A DNA stretch of 64,000 bases from Phoronis australis (GCA_002633005.1 NMRA01000689.1:62001-126000); one strand, 5' to 3'. Counted from the first letter of the stretch, positions 39,570 through 53,842 are shown. Numbers and translations: made by a program. The notes: a model not told the origin generated them from the sequence alone.

Positions 39570-41029
39570 GTAAATTATCTACGCTTTCATTAGCCATAAA
39601 TGTGCTTATCTGCACTTATGCTTGAGTTGTCTTTATAGTTCCAAGGGTATTGCAGTTTTGAATTTTGATGCTCTTTTCAATGTATGGGAATAAATCTGGC
39701 ATTAGGTTCATCCAAAATATTGTCATCATTGACACCTCATTCTTTTACTCTTGCTACTGTGGTCCTTGTGCCTGGGTGGAATGTGATCTCTAGTAGACTT
39801 TGGACACCGGTGCCCATTCATCACACAGGCAAGTGCAGCTTAACTTCCCCATGCCCTGTATCATACTGGTAACTTGCAAAATTAACTGAGCATAATTCCA
39901 TGTATATTTTGCACAAAAATTTCGCTGAATAGGTATTTAAAGAAACTCTGCCCCTTGTTTTCGCCAGTTTAGGACATAGAATAAATCTGATTAGATCACT
40001 CACACTCAGTTTTCAACTTTCAAGGTGTCAGTTGAATCGCTGATTCCCGAATACTTTTTGTTTCGATACTTTTCCCGAACTTTACTTTTCCATATTTGGT
40101 TTCATTACCATATTTGGTTTTAGTATCGGAAATGATGTGCTTCCACCTGTATGCCATACCGTGTCCTAAATAATATTTAACAATCCGAAAGTGAAATGCA
40201 CTAATGTTCTTCAGTGAGGTCACTTTATTAATTTAGAGACCATGGCTCCTGTTCTTTTCAATGCAAAATAGAATATGCCACTTTTTGATAAGGAAACAAA
40301 AAAATTAATTTTCACTGAGTTTTGTTTTTCTGAACCTCGTTGCTTCCATAATTGTTGCAACAAGATACTAGTGAAAACATTGTAAGGTGATATGTCCAAC
40401 TTTGATTTCAAAACTTATCAATGTAACAAGGTATCGCGGTGCCAAAATTTGAAAACGTAGAAAATTATGATTTCTGCAGTGTTCTCAAAAATGGAATTTA
40501 GGTATTGTATATAATATTTTCCTCTTTGTATCGAATGACTGGGGCTTTTAGGGTCTTTATGAAAAACTCAAGTGATGTATAGAATGAAAACAAATGGTAT
40601 TTTATAAAATTATTATAACATTTTTGAGATTTTGTTTTTGAAAATTTATTTCTTATTTAAAGTAATCTGGTCACATTTGTTGATACTGTTGTTTAGTGTT
40701 GAATGTATCTTTTGTTTTGCTGAATGGTACTAAAAAGACAAGGTCATGTGACCACAAACAATCGTAGATAGCTGTAAATTCAACAATTTAACTCCACAGG
40801 CTTTCTACTTACAGAATATATACACTTTGCAAGTTAAATTCTATAGTTTTTTTAGATACCCCACAGAATCCAATACTTGCCAACTACGTCACCTTTTCAA
40901 CTTCCTGACGGCATTTTTCAGTTCTCTCAGCTGTGTCTCAGTTTCTAATTAGCTACAGTGAGGCACCACATGTTCTGTAGACTGATATTGCTCTATGCCC
41001 AGTCTGTGACCTCCTCTCTCTCCCTGACC

Positions 41030-41430
41030 TCTGGAATGTGATAGCCACTGGTAGAAACACTGCTGAACGAGGGCGAGGGCGTGTTCAGCCCTTGCCACAT
41101 TCTCCTCATTGCCAGCATAGTTGGTTGTTTTTCAACCAACACAACTATCTGTTTCATCAATCAGTTCAGCTCGATAACTGTAGAATGGTCGTTTTTCTCC
41201 ACAAGCTTTTATAAGTATTGGAACGTTCAGTGTCAACGGTCTATTCAGCCCTGATGGCAGTGGAGTTGTCCTCGGGGGCTGGGATGGACTCCAAAAGCAC
41301 AGAGTCCGTCCAGTTTGAGATTCTAATGTTGCTCAATGATATGTTCTCTGGCTATCAAGGCAACGGTCAGTGGTAAGTACAGGCTCACAGCCTCAATGGT
41401 AGATTCACCAATGACAGTGGTTTACTTTGG
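41030..41430 (-). mobile_element. Possible highly decayed LINE (Rex-Babar/L2-like) ORF2 tail
   Basis: Minus-strand fragments IGESTIEAVS, LCAFGV and VFLPVAI lie in the order expected for the region after the reverse transcriptase. Heavily disrupted. Confidence 0.3.
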
Positions 41431-44400
41431 TAGGGGGGAGAGGGTCTGTCGAGGTTCGACCTCTCGAGATCCTGGTGTACAGAGATATGTGTATAGCTGC
41501 AATGTTCAAATCTTTTACTTTATGGGCAGAAAAAAATCAATTCAGGTTTGGTGAAATGTATCATAATGCATATAAATTTATACATGAAATCCTTGTGATT
41601 TGAGAAATCTATTCCTGCAAATTAAATGGATTTGTCTCTTTTAAAATTCATTCTGTTTTGACTGATTTGTTGTTAGCCTGTGAAGTGAGTATCAGTCTGT
41701 TAACATGTTGCCTGGTGTCTTCAGTTAGTTATTGGTCTCGTGGCCACATTCCTAGTCAGTATTCAGGAGTGGAGTTGGTGGCCACTCAAGTTATTCAAGT
41801 CTGTATGCCTGGGGGGGTTATGCTGAATTGTAAGATCAGAACTAGGTTAAACTGCTAGTGTCTCTGCATGAAGATTGGCTGCCAATTCTAGTTCTTCGTT
41901 CCAACTGATGGCCTGTTCTGCGGGATAAATGTTCGTTTGCAGACACGGGATTTGTTATCTCTTCGACTTGTTGATCTGAGTAGCTGTGTTAATGGGGATG
42001 AATATCCAGGATAAAGAATCAGGTACTGATGAAGATTTATTGTGCATTAGGTATTCCATCATACAGACTTGGCAGGTGAAATGAACATAGAATTATGGGC
42101 CTTTGTGCATTGAGTGGCAGTGAGATGTGGTGAGAGATTAGAGGTGTCTTGAGAATCTCTTGGGGAGCATTTACTGTGGCTTTGTTCTCATCTTCATAGA
42201 CAAGTTGTTTCATTGAAGGTGTTACACTAATTTCAGTGGTTCCTTTGTCCTGGAATGCAACTGGCCTCCTATGAAATGTACAAATTTGCTGTAAGCACCA
42301 TTACTCAATAGGAATTTGTCTGGCCACTTGCAGGTCACATTCTTGAACTCAACTTAGGAGCTAGTTTGTTGGGTACTAGCTCTGACTAGCAAGGTTTCTG
42401 ATCGAGGTTTGACCAAATCTGCTGTCGGGACAACTAGGCAGTGAGCTTTGATGATGTAAAATTTTTGAATTATGTCGTCATCTGAAATGAAAGAACCACC
42501 AGGATTTCAATCAGATGTGCGCTCGCTCCATTATCAGACCCTGTGATATGGGCTTGGTTGCAAAGGGGAAGATTGTCCTAGATTTCTAGGCTTCGCATTC
42601 TCCAAAAGGAATTTTTGAGCACGTTTCTAACAGGAAGCAGGATGTTTGGTTCTACTTGTGAAACGGAAAAAATCACAAGCACTATTGTCTTGAAAACGTG
42701 CAGTTTTGTCTGGGATTGTTACGAAAAAAGTTTGGTTTTGTCATTTTATATGTTGTAGATTGAAGAAATGTTAAATTTCATCTGTGCAAACAGTACAGTT
42801 TATTAAATTCAAACTTCCGTTAACCCATTTAGGATACTAAACCCTTCTAAAATATGTGTTCATGCAGTGAAGACTGTAGTTTCAAGCAGCCCTCCGGTTT
42901 GATGCAGTTAATCTAAAATGTGCTAATACTTTAAAACATCTGTAGAAGACATTACCAGTGCAGAAACCCTGCAGTGCATTGTCCTGTTAACACCATTGGG
43001 ATGGTACCCTGGATATGGTGGTTGTGTGCCAATGGCAGATTTCCTGAAACAATAGCGAATATCTTGTACGATTAATGACCACCTCTGCCCTTCTGCCTTT
43101 CCTGATACGAGTACATTTTATGCAAGTATCGTGGGCGCATACTGCTCTCTGTGCTCAGTCCTCAACATGGTGACTATGTTGGGTAGTTTTTATGGTTGGG
43201 AGTTGTGAAACAGCCCAACCATGGAGAATCCCATGGGTCCATATTGGCTTAATGTATACGTGTGTTTTTGGAGTGACGGCAACCCCTGTTGTATTCATGA
43301 ACTACACAGCATCCCTGGAATTTTTAATTAAGATCATAACCTGTTGATAAGTTGTGAGTTATTAGTAGGTGGCTGACCTTTTGACTTGAACCTATTGTCA
43401 GTTTGTGGTTAAGTAAAAATGTTGATCTTCTCAGCTGTACATTGTTTATGTGGTGGTGAACTTTGTTGACTATGACTTACATGTTTCCAACATTGAAACT
43501 GGGGGGACTTGGACAGTCAGGATATTGCTCATTCCAGTTCCAACTAAGCTGTTTAGTAATCAAGATAGAGTCTGGTATGAGGGGCCTATGTCTGCTGTCA
43601 TAACTCACTCCATCATCATACAGTTACAACTTGGAAGCTTGCCATGATACTGGTGTTCATATTGTCTACATAACTTAGACTTGTCAGCTTAGTTCTGCCT
43701 ACGACAACTTTGAGGGGCATTCTCATTTACTGTAGTTTTGTTAGACACACAATCACCAGCAGCATATCTCTTTTCGTGCACTGCAGTTCTGATCTTATTT
43801 CCTTGCTCATGAACTGCAGTAATACTCAGCTGTAGTATACAGACAGCGACCATAAATCCGCCATCCATCACAAAACCAACTGGGAGGCGAGGCTCTGTAA
43901 TTCGGCTTGTCAGTTCATTTCCCGAGCTTGGTCTCAAGCAATGAGGAACAGTCAATTCTTTGCAAGGCCAGAAATCACTTCCCATCTAAGTAAGGGACAA
44001 GTTTACACAAATTTTATAGCAAAAATTAGTGTGTTGCTGTTGCTCCTTTTATTGTGAGCTTGCTGAATAAGGAGAACATCGCGTGACCCCCAATAGGAGT
44101 GATTTCTTGAGCTTTCCCACTCACAGTTCATTGTCTTGAGTTGATGGCTTTGTGATTGCACCTTTGCCGTCATACACAATATATCATGAATCAATAGGTA
44201 GTTAGTCCTTGGATGAAACAAATATAAACGGTTTAAATCTCATTTTATCGGCTGTACTTACACAATGACGTAAATCGCCCTTTTGGTTTCTCAGTAACAT
44301 CATTGTTCTGGATTGATGGAATGCTTGTTAACCTGGCTCTGATGTACTTTTATGAACTGGTCTCTCTCATGAGTGATTGTAGTTGTCGGGATCTGACTTA

Positions 44401-44481
44401 GTATTCGCTGGCTGAATTCGCAACTCATGATGTTATCTTCAGATCATCGCACGATCTGCTCTCTGATGTGACCTGTCGCAA

Positions 44482-44692
44482 GCTCCGCCCCCTTGCGAAA
44501 TGTTGACAAACAAACAATAAGTTTTTCCCTGCAACGTGTTGTTTGTCGGGTAAAATGGCGGCTTGGAAACGAAGGTGTGTCTAGAAGGCTGCATTCTGAT
44601 TGGTCACTTAAACCTTCACTCAAAGTCCTAGTGGTAGGTTAATTCACAGCAGGGTGTGCTCACACTTTTTGGAACTTGCTTGCCATGGTAAT
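44482..44692 (+). promoter_or_regulatory. Promoter-like motif cluster (GC box, YY1-like, inverted CCAAT, X-box-like)
   Basis: gctccgccccc at 44482, aaaatggcggc at 44552, ctgattggtc at 44596, cttgccatggtaat at 44679. Confidence 0.35.
44555..44574 (+). CDS. Weak candidate alternative first coding micro-exon C: MAAWKR(S)
   Basis: aaaATGG Kozak context inside a promoter-like motif cluster, donor AAG|gtgtgt, phase 2 and in frame with exon 4. Very short, so it may be chance. Confidence 0.3.
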
Positions 44693-45074
44693 CTTTCAAA
44701 AAAGTTAGGGTGCTTTGAAATGTCAACTCAAAACCTCTTAACAGTGTCAATACTCTCAAATCTATCTTGTCGTAAAATGGGCACAACGACAGAAATGGTT
44801 GTGTATCCCATGGAAACAGCATATCTGTGAGGTTGTTGGTCACATCCAAAGAGGGCCCGGGCCTGCCAGTGACTTGATGCAACTTCCTGTGTGCTGATAT
44901 TTCTGGCACAAGGCATTCCTTTTGATGACCACGGTATACTCACTCTGCTAGTGTTCTTTTCTAAAATCTCAAAAGTTTGTTATATTTCGTTTTAATGTTG
45001 TGAATTCATAATGCATATACGGGAAATATGGATATTAAACTGAGCACACCTAAAGTAGTCTGAGTGAATGTCCT

Positions 45075-45214
45075 GGAATCTCCTGTCATGGTGGCGAATC
45101 ACGAGCTGAATTCTTTGTCATTAGTCTCTAGGCACACAGGAATTCCCTGTCATGGTGACGGATCACGAGCTGAGCTCCTCATCATTAGTCTCCAGAAACA
45201 CGGAAATTCACTAT
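45075..45214. repeat. Tandem repeat of about 64 bp, about 2.2 copies
   Basis: cctgtcatggtg(g/a)cg(a/g)atcacgagctga...tcattagtctc occurs twice. Confidence 0.85.
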
Positions 45215-48207
45215 CAGAGTACGTCGCTGGAATGAGAAGTCCATTACAGGGAAACAGAATTTTGTTTGACATGTATATTTTTGGACTAATTGTTTTCTAC
45301 TGAGATTTGAATTGATTTTTTTACACTTCCTTGTCAGATAGTGTTCGTAACATTCAATGCTAAACCTCGAAGTTGAGGTGAGCCAGGTAAATGTCAAGAG
45401 TCGGACTGTCTGTACGAGTATTTCCTCTGTATTTTTTTGCGCCAAAGTGAAGGTTTCTAAGTGAAATCTTTCGAGATTTTACTGTGTTTACAGCGTCTGT
45501 TTAAGAGGTTATGAATCATTGGATACATATGTATATGATATTTTCTAGAATTCTTGTCATTCCAAGAAGCATTGGCCTTATCATACACGACCTAGCTGAT
45601 GACCCCAGTCACATGGTCAGACAGTTATTCAGTGGGGAAGGCTGACATCAGTTTATAAACAATATGTCATCCTGTTTTGGTGATACTGTAATTACATTAC
45701 TTTAGTCCTATTAGTACAGACAAGCTGATGAGATCCAACTTTATATCTGGTGCACATGTCCTGTGAAGTCACACTTACTAAAAATCTTGGATTGTTGAAC
45801 GTATGTGTTAGTCTGGCGTTCAAAAATTTTAAAGTGCAAATTCCTCGGTCAGTGCTTATAATACAAGCATTTTATTACCTGGTTTGCAAACACCAATAAA
45901 CTCAGCTGTCTTTCTGAATATGCAGTCATTCTCTCAATATTTGCAATCTGCGCTTACCTGCAGGGGTCACCTGGTGCATTTGAGATCGGTAACGGGTGAT
46001 CAGAATATATTGCACTGTTTTTATTGGTGTCTGTATTATGGTTTGTAATTATGTTCAAATTTCTCCAGCACATGGAGACTAAAAGGTCGATAAAAAACAC
46101 TGAACTTACTCGGGGTCCGGTGTTCCATCGAAACTGGAACGTCGGTGTAAAACAGATATCCTGGAGTCGAAAACAGACTCCCACACCTTCAAAACAGCTA
46201 ACCTGGTTTACCCTTAAAACACAAACCCTGGCCTTAGAAACAGGAATCCCAGGGATGGGACTAGGAACCGGGGACCGAAACACAAACATTGTTTGATGTA
46301 GGTGTTGTAAGATGTTTAGAAGGAACTTGTGGAGATATCTGTGAATATGCAGCTCATTTGATGCAGTCTTGTTCTTTCCGTTCGGGGACATGTTTTAAAC
46401 TCTCAAACTAGGTCAAATGAAGGGTTAAGGACTTAAAAGCGAACCTTCGGTGCTCGCAGAAACTTCGGTGTAGTGGGAAAGGTCAGAGCAAAACTTCACC
46501 GATGTTATGATCAGAGGTCGCAACAATGATGTACAATCACACGAGACTTGCAAAACGTGTTCTTTGTTATTCTAAATAAATAAAAGAAAGCATATCTGAT
46601 GAAGAATGACAATGATCATTTTCATCTAAATGAGAAAAAATTTCACTTAGCCTCGAACCCACTGCTCAATTTTCGTTTGAGAGTACAAATGAAGTGCGCT
46701 GTCTGGTATCTTAGCGATAGCTTCGATATCGCTCTTTAGTCAGAATTAGTTTCAGTGAACCTAATTGGTAAACTGAAGTTCACCTAATGAGAAAGTGCCT
46801 TCAGATGGCATTGTGGCAGAAGTTGCAATTTATTTCACTACTATTCACTGTGCCAGGCGCATATATCGGGGCGCGTATACCCGTTGAGTTGCCTGTTCTT
46901 TACTTCACATTAAAGAAACAAAAATATTAGGTGACTGTAGACAGTGCTCTGTTTATCACAAGAAATGTGTTCACTTTGTTATTTGAGAATTTAGCAGAGA
47001 TGGCATTCACATAGAGGTGTTCGCTTTTTTGAGATTAAAAAGCAAACTTTTATAAAGTGAGAGTCGTTGTATTACCATGAATATTTAAAAATGAAATTCA
47101 AAAATTTGGACTGGGTATTTGTGGTGAAAATGCTATACTTAAGGAAAATATTTAAAAGTCTGAGACGCTGAAATTCAAGTCATTATTGAGTTTTCTTAAT
47201 TTTTAAGATTGGTACATGCACATTGGGGATTTTGTCATTCCTCATTTCCCGATGTATCGACACTATCAGCAAAGTCTGATAATAGGCTATGTAGTTTATA
47301 AAATAGTCAAAAATAGCCCCATCAGTTTTCATGTGTCCCCATACTGTGTATGGTTGAGGTGAATGATAGATTGTTGTTGACTCAGATTCTTGAATTTGGG
47401 ACGTCCAATATTGCCTATTTTTAAAATTTGGCACAATTTCTGACATGGAGCAAAATAATTTATTTTTCACCTCCCCAAACGGGAGATTTTTTACAGTACT
47501 TGAATGTGGATGTTTCTCGTGATGACTTAGATATTTATAGACTTCATTACTTGACATTAATGTGTGTCTGCTTTCATGTTGTGTACATTTTATCATGAAA
47601 GGACTTTAACCTAAGTAGTAAAGGGTATTGCCCCTGGTCTCGTCATACTTCATGAAACGACAATCAACTAATTAATTAAGTACGCCCTTCTAATTTTAGC
47701 CAGGTCTTTATTATTTGTACTGGTTAGCCTTTTTTAAAGTATCACGTGGTGCAGTTTCTTATCTTGTCATCTTGTAAGTGTGAAAATGGTAGGCGTTGTG
47801 AAGTTATATTTTGCAGTAAGAAACTCGTGTAATCAGATAATGTACAGTTTCGCAGTCATGTCGGCTCATTCTGTTAACAGCAAAAATGACTGGTACGGTA
47901 ATCTCTATTATGGCTGCAAAATTCTAATTGCAGAATGGCTTAGCTACCTTTCCTGTTAATTTCCCTTCATTCACGGATATGAGGGAGGGAGGGCGCACTA
48001 CTCTGATGATTAATTCGGTTTCCGCCTAGCCGTTGTTTCGGGGAGAGGGGGGTGAATTCCAGGTCATTTTTTCTGAATAATTGTGGCGTGTCTTGTTCTT
48101 GAGGCTGTTTTTTCATTTTGTGAAGTCGTTGAGAAAGATGTAAAAATAATGGTAAAGATAAGTGTTGCTATAGTTACTGATCACATGGTTTGCTTTGTCT
48201 CTTACAG

Positions 48208-48283
48208 TTTTGGCAAAAGAAGTGCAGGATGCGCTCGGAGACCCAACGAGTGCCTGATCCTAGAGCCGTCTGAGATGATAGTG
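48208..48283 (+). CDS. RAPGEF2/6: PDZ-GEF exon 4: (S)FGKRSAGCARRPNECLILEPSEMIV
   Basis: Acceptor ctttgtctcttacag|T, donor GTG|gtgagt, 76 nt, phase 2 to 0. Contains the signature SFGK...CLxLEPSEMIV and continues exon 3 in frame across a 32.9-kb intron. Confidence 0.97.
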
Positions 48284-48309
48284 GTGAGTACAACTAGTTG
48301 ATAAGACCT

Positions 48310-48945
48310 TCAGGATGGTCCCAAACTTGGAAAGTTGTTGGTTAGCGTATTAGTAACCAGAGAAAGAATTTTCAGCTAGTTAAACACAGTCGAACTTGCA
48401 AAAATTGGGTTCATGTTAGTCGAATCTGTGCCTCATTCTAACGTAGTTCTGTGGAACGGTTCATCTACTCAGCCATTCAGATAAGTGTGATTTAGTCCGA
48501 CTTGCGCACGTAAAATTTCTCAATACTGTCAGATCCGACAACAGGTTGTCCGAGTTAAACTCTGTATCCTACTACACTTATGTTGCCAGTGTGAATTTGT
48601 TATTTATATTTGTTCCAAGAAACTTTCCAAAATTTGTGATTGCTCATTGTGATGTCACTAGTGATACCAAAACTTGGAAGAAAGATTGTCGTTAAGAATG
48701 TAAGCTATCTGATTATCCGCTGAATATGAGCTGCACTTCTAATTAAGTTTTAATGAAATGACTAAAGCTTAAAAGCAGTTTATCTATTACACTGATGTCG
48801 CAAATGATACCAAAACTTGGAGAAAATTTGTTGGTAGAATATGATATCCGGCTAAACATCTGCTAAATTTCCAAGTAAGCGGCCATGATATGACTAACGA
48901 TACCAAAGGTTGGGGGGAAAGTTTTTTTGCTAAGAATATACCGGT
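48310..48945. repeat. Degenerate dispersed tandem units downstream of exon 4
   Basis: gataccaaaacttgga-like cores near 48316, 48663, 48806 and 48899. Confidence 0.6.
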
Positions 48946-49903
48946 AAGTAACTTATTATAATTGCAAAAACAAGAAAAACAGTCATTAAGTAGCTTTTGA
49001 TGAAGTGAATATATTTCATTGTTGATTTTATAACCAATAACTTTTCACTGTTTTGGCGTGTACAGAATTTTTAATTCAAAGATTTTTTATTTAAGCAGCA
49101 GTTCAAAAGATTTCGTGTTAACCGATACATAAATGCGAAAGGACAAATGCTCTCAGCTCTCTTTTCTGGTAATGTCTCTCTTGCTACAAGCCAACTTCCA
49201 GGGTCATAACCCTGATTAGGCAAGAGCTTGAGGTCGTTTGCACTCTTCCATGAACCAATAATGAGACTAAAGCATGTATTTATTTGTTTAATCTGAATCA
49301 CTGTAACATAGCTTTTTTTTAAACTAAAATATTTCAATTTTTTTAAATTGACCTCTAATCTTTGTGAGATACTGATTAGATACACTACAGTACTGGTGAA
49401 CATGGAGCTATTTTTCAAGTGTCTGTTCTGTAGTGCCATCTAGTGGTTGTTAGTATAACTGTTTCCTGTTTCTTTTATCTTGATGAATGTTGGCATTTTT
49501 GCCATATAGTGCATGCAGCTAACTGCGCACGTCTAAAAAATTGAACTTTGATTGTAATTGCTGTTCAATCTAATTTTCATTTTCATTTTCATTTTGAGCA
49601 TTTTACATGAAGATACCAAATCAGAAGTAGCACTTGAATTATTGTTGCGGGGGTTTCCCTCTATTCAACAGAGTAGTTTGCCAGATGGTGACAGCTTTGG
49701 TTACTTCCTGTTAGAATTACTCACCCATACTACAAACAGTTGTGTTTTGTTTGTCATAGCGATACATCCAAACATGCCTTGCTGGGAGATCAATGCTAAC
49801 TTTATCCATTAATTTGACTGACTCAGTCCACCAATAATTAGTGTGTCATGGATTATATGCTGTCTTGAGAGTTGCATCCCATGGCTTGAGGCATCCGTCC
49901 TCC

Positions 49904-49938
49904 CACGCACACACGTGTGTGCACACACGCGTGCATAT
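49904..49938. other. 35-bp alternating purine-pyrimidine tract with overlapping palindromes
   Basis: cacgcacacacgtgtgtgcacacacgcgtgcatat contains the perfect palindromes gcacacacgtgtgtgc and gtgtgtgcacacac. Confidence 0.85.
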
Positions 49939-50600
49939 TCACACTCGTGAATTGGAAGTGGTGTTGGCGTAGGATCTCTTCCAGTTCGTTTGTGCAGCGC
50001 GTGTTGATTAGGTTGTTCATGGTGAAAGGTTCTCTTGTGCTCAACTGAGGGCACCACTGTCGGGTCTCTCTCAGCAGCTTGTTGAAGAATAGCAGTTTAG
50101 GATAAAGATTTGTGGATTTAGCTAAACCGATGTTCCAAGAAAGATGGAGTGCTCAGAGCACTTGGTATCCGTTGAATCAGTACCATAAATGATAAAAGTA
50201 CAATTCTCTTTCTACGTTTGTACTCTTTGCAAAAAGATTGTTTGGACGTGTAATTTTTTTTCTGACTGCAGTTTATTTCAAACAAGTTATTTGGATAACA
50301 TGTTGTCCAATTACTGCAGTCATTTTTTTCTTCCAAACTGTTTGGAAGCGTTTGTGCTGTGGAAGCTGTGAACTGTTGATAGGTTGGGTTAGTTACACAG
50401 GGATGCAGAAAGGTAATTTCTGCGAAGCGTAATGCTTCCTCGTTTGTGCCTTAGTGCAACCAACACACAATGATACCAGGGTATCATCTAGGGCATGCTT
50501 TTTTTCCGCGTACTACATAGAAACGAACGTACGTAGTTAATTCCTGTTCCTTTTTAAATGAGGATTTATTCGGGGATAGCGATATTTACTTGATTTTGCT

Positions 50601-50892
50601 ACGGTAAAAATTCTCCAATTTGGAACTGTGAAAAATAAATTATTTTGCTCAAGGTCGGAGCTTGTCCCAACTTCTAGAAATAGGGAATATTGGCTGTACC
50701 AAATTTAAGAATCCCCGGAAAGACAGCAAAGTTACCCCCTCTTTAGATTGAAAACTTGTTTGAAATTTGAGAAGTATGGTAAATGCCCAAATCGCCATTG
50801 TCTCAAATTCCAAAATCAAGGACATTCAATTTCTGCACGAGTTTCCTTGTCCCAAATTCTAAGGACTGTCTCAAAATGTAGAATTTAGTGTA
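50601..50892 (+). mobile_element. MITE-like family 1, near full length
   Basis: acggtaaaaattctccaatttgg...caaggtcggagcttgtcccaa...gtcccaaattctaaggactgtc, collinear with 19633-19905. Confidence 0.75.
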
Positions 50893-53842
50893 TTTGATTT
50901 TCTAGTTATCAAACCTCTATTTGATGAGATGGTTACTTCGTCGTATGATGTATGTTTTTATAGTATGTCATGTATGTGTTCAAGTAGACTTGATCACCTA
51001 ATACTGTCCTTAAGTCCAATGTTAATTGTTTTTTAGACTATTCACTTGGACCAAATTCATTTTGTTGACATGAAAAACAGGATGTTTGATGTCGTCAGTT
51101 GATACCTGTTGTTAATAGGGGATTCTTCCCCATCAGATATGTCAACATCTTGAAGTGCGTTTTTATTTTTAGATTTTATCGTTATGTTTTAGCCTTAGGC
51201 TAATATTTCTTTCCAGGGTGTATAACACTTAAGTCTATATTTAGGCTATACGCTCTGTTAGTCAGAACTCATCCCACAAAGTTTGATGGTCTCAGGTAAA
51301 CAAACTGGGACCTGTGTATTGTTCCTTTTGACATCCCCCAATTGGTGTTGTTATGCAATATTAAGTCGTGTTTTAAAGAACTGTTGTAATCTTGCAGAAT
51401 TTTATATCTATCCAATCTAAAGTTGCTGTTAATAAATTATAGGTACTTGCTATGTGTTATGGCCCTTAACTCTGTTATTATTAAGTGTAGAATATTTCTA
51501 AATCGTAGATGTAGATTTCATTGACCCGTTACAATTTGCGGGTCAACACTCGCAGGGTATCAGGCAAAGTTGAGATGACACCTTGAGGTCAGACTAGAAG
51601 CCTGCATTCTGATTGGCTGGTCGAATGGGATTTGCCCATCTTATTTCCTTGATACAGGTGTTTGATCTAATTCATTTCAAGTCTCATCAGTTGCTGAAAC
51701 ATGTTGGGTTTAGTATATCAGCATCGTAAAACTGTCTTGAAGAATAAAGACCGGGATAAATTTCTGAAGGTATGGGCCGACGTGTTGATTCATTTAATCT
51801 ATCGCTATGTGTAGCCAACATTTTTTGTAAATGCCATGATAAAAAGTAATTATCGTTTAAACCTATTGTTTTAGTTGTTGTCGTTTTGACTATCATCATT
51901 GTATATGTGAAAGATTTATGTTCTTAAGAATTGGAGTCTGAAAATCCTCTGTTCATTTTTCTTGTATTGGAAAAAGGCATTCTATTAGTGAAAGGGCACT
52001 CAAAGTTTGTTAAGTTTTAATATTAATGGACTTAATTCAACTTTGTTGGTCTTAGATTTTCAGTATCAGTATTGTAATTTGAAACTCAGGTGGTTCTGTC
52101 ACTTTTAGTTGGACTGCAGATGTTTGCAGGGTCGATGACTTGTGCAGGTTGATTTTATTTTGTTGCGTATAGTAAAATCTCAATAATTTAGGACCCGCAT
52201 GTCGAACAAGTAGAATTTCATTTTCTCATCATTTTTCCATACTAGTTGTCTAGCTCCAGATTAATTCTTTTCCACATGCAAGTTGTGTACCATAGCTAAC
52301 ACTAAAGAGAATTTTGAAAAGATCTGGACGTTCACGGCAGTGCTAGAAACCCTTGAAAATTTAACAAAAGTCAGTTTTGATCGTTGTTTTTGTCTGAAAT
52401 TGTTGAGATTTTAACTTAGATTATTGTGGGAAAATGCAAGTAAAACGTTCCAATTTAGAAACTTAGAAGGTCAACCAACATCATCCAAAGATTGGTTTAT
52501 TCTCTTGTGTCAGATTTGATTGGTAGTGACATCTGGTGGATGATCATGGTCTTGTTTATCACAAAATCCATACATGGCTGCTTTATCATTTGGTCACAAA
52601 GTAATCCATGAACTGCCAATGTTTTGCCCTAACTTGCGTAATACTATTTCTTTACAAAGTAATCTACTGTACTTTTGAGGCCAAAGTTTTCTTTTTCAAG
52701 TGGATTATTGCATGCTGGACTGTTCTTCTATATGTTTTATCCAATTTGACGTTTTCCAATTTCCTTGGTCAATTTGTCAAAACCTATTATCTCGCATTAC
52801 TTATTTGTGAAATAAATCTCTCAACACCCTTTGATGCGTGGTTAAAAGCTGGTGCAGTTCTGTTTGTGAATTTTCTCGTCTTCTTTGCAATAAACGTATT
52901 TTGCGTCGGCAATTTTGAGTGCTGCTGTGGCTATTACCGCATTTTCAAGCAAATGATTGGAAATGAGCTTTGGCTACGATGAAAATGAAAACTATTTCCA
53001 CTGGAGTTCATCGCTGAAGTGCAACGGTGAAGGGCATGATGCATTTCATCATTACTGATTCTAATTACCGTTAGGTTCTCGTCAGCGTCAGATGTGGTCT
53101 CATTTTGCTGAAAATACAAGGTATCTGATTTCCCGTTATTCCAATGGTCTTGAGTAAGGCACCCATCGTCTTGGTTCCTCGCAGGGAATATTTTCAACGG
53201 ACAACTTCAGCTGTGGTTTTAAGTGTATTTGTACAATTTCAGCCATACTTTAGTTGTGCTAGTGACCGCTTGGGGTGTTGATTATTGGGCATCAGCCTCA
53301 AGCTGTTTATGATAGAGGGCAGTACTCTCAGCTCAGGAATGGCACGTATACCCAGTTGGATAGCTTAATGGTCACCAGAATGGGTGGTCAGTGCAGCGTC
53401 AGCAAATGGCTGTCACGTTTCTTTATTGATCACCGGATTTACTAGAGAGCACTTTATGTAGAACGGACTGTTTGATTTTCTCAGCTCTGCGTGCAATAAT
53501 CGGATAGTGGTGGTGGTTGGGTTAAATGCATTTGCTGCCAATAGTTTCAGTGCTCGTTTCCTATGTTTTGCTCTGCAAGCCAAGGTAAGCATGTTGTACC
53601 AATGTAATAATCGCTTTGTGTTAACCATTGTTAGTGCAGGGAAATGTCCCAAGGTTCTCATTCTCTCACACGTTTACAAGTGCCATTTAAATTTCCACCA
53701 GAGCCCAGAACAGCACGTGTCTGTGGAGCTAATACACGTTTGTTCATGTCATCCATTTCTCAGTTATGAGTTTAGGGAATTTACCCATTTTTGATACGTT
53801 GAAATTATTTATTTAACACGGATTCCGTTGTATTTGTTGCAG

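Noticed and set aside
48310-48945. CRISPR-like repeat-spacer array
   Set aside because: The units are degenerate and irregularly spaced, the context is eukaryotic, and there are no cas genes.
53526-53584. Hydrophobic micro-ORF (MHLLPIVSVLVSYVLLCKP) with strong donor AAG|gtaagc
   Set aside because: Phase 2 is incompatible with exon 5 (phase 0). At best a non-coding exon.
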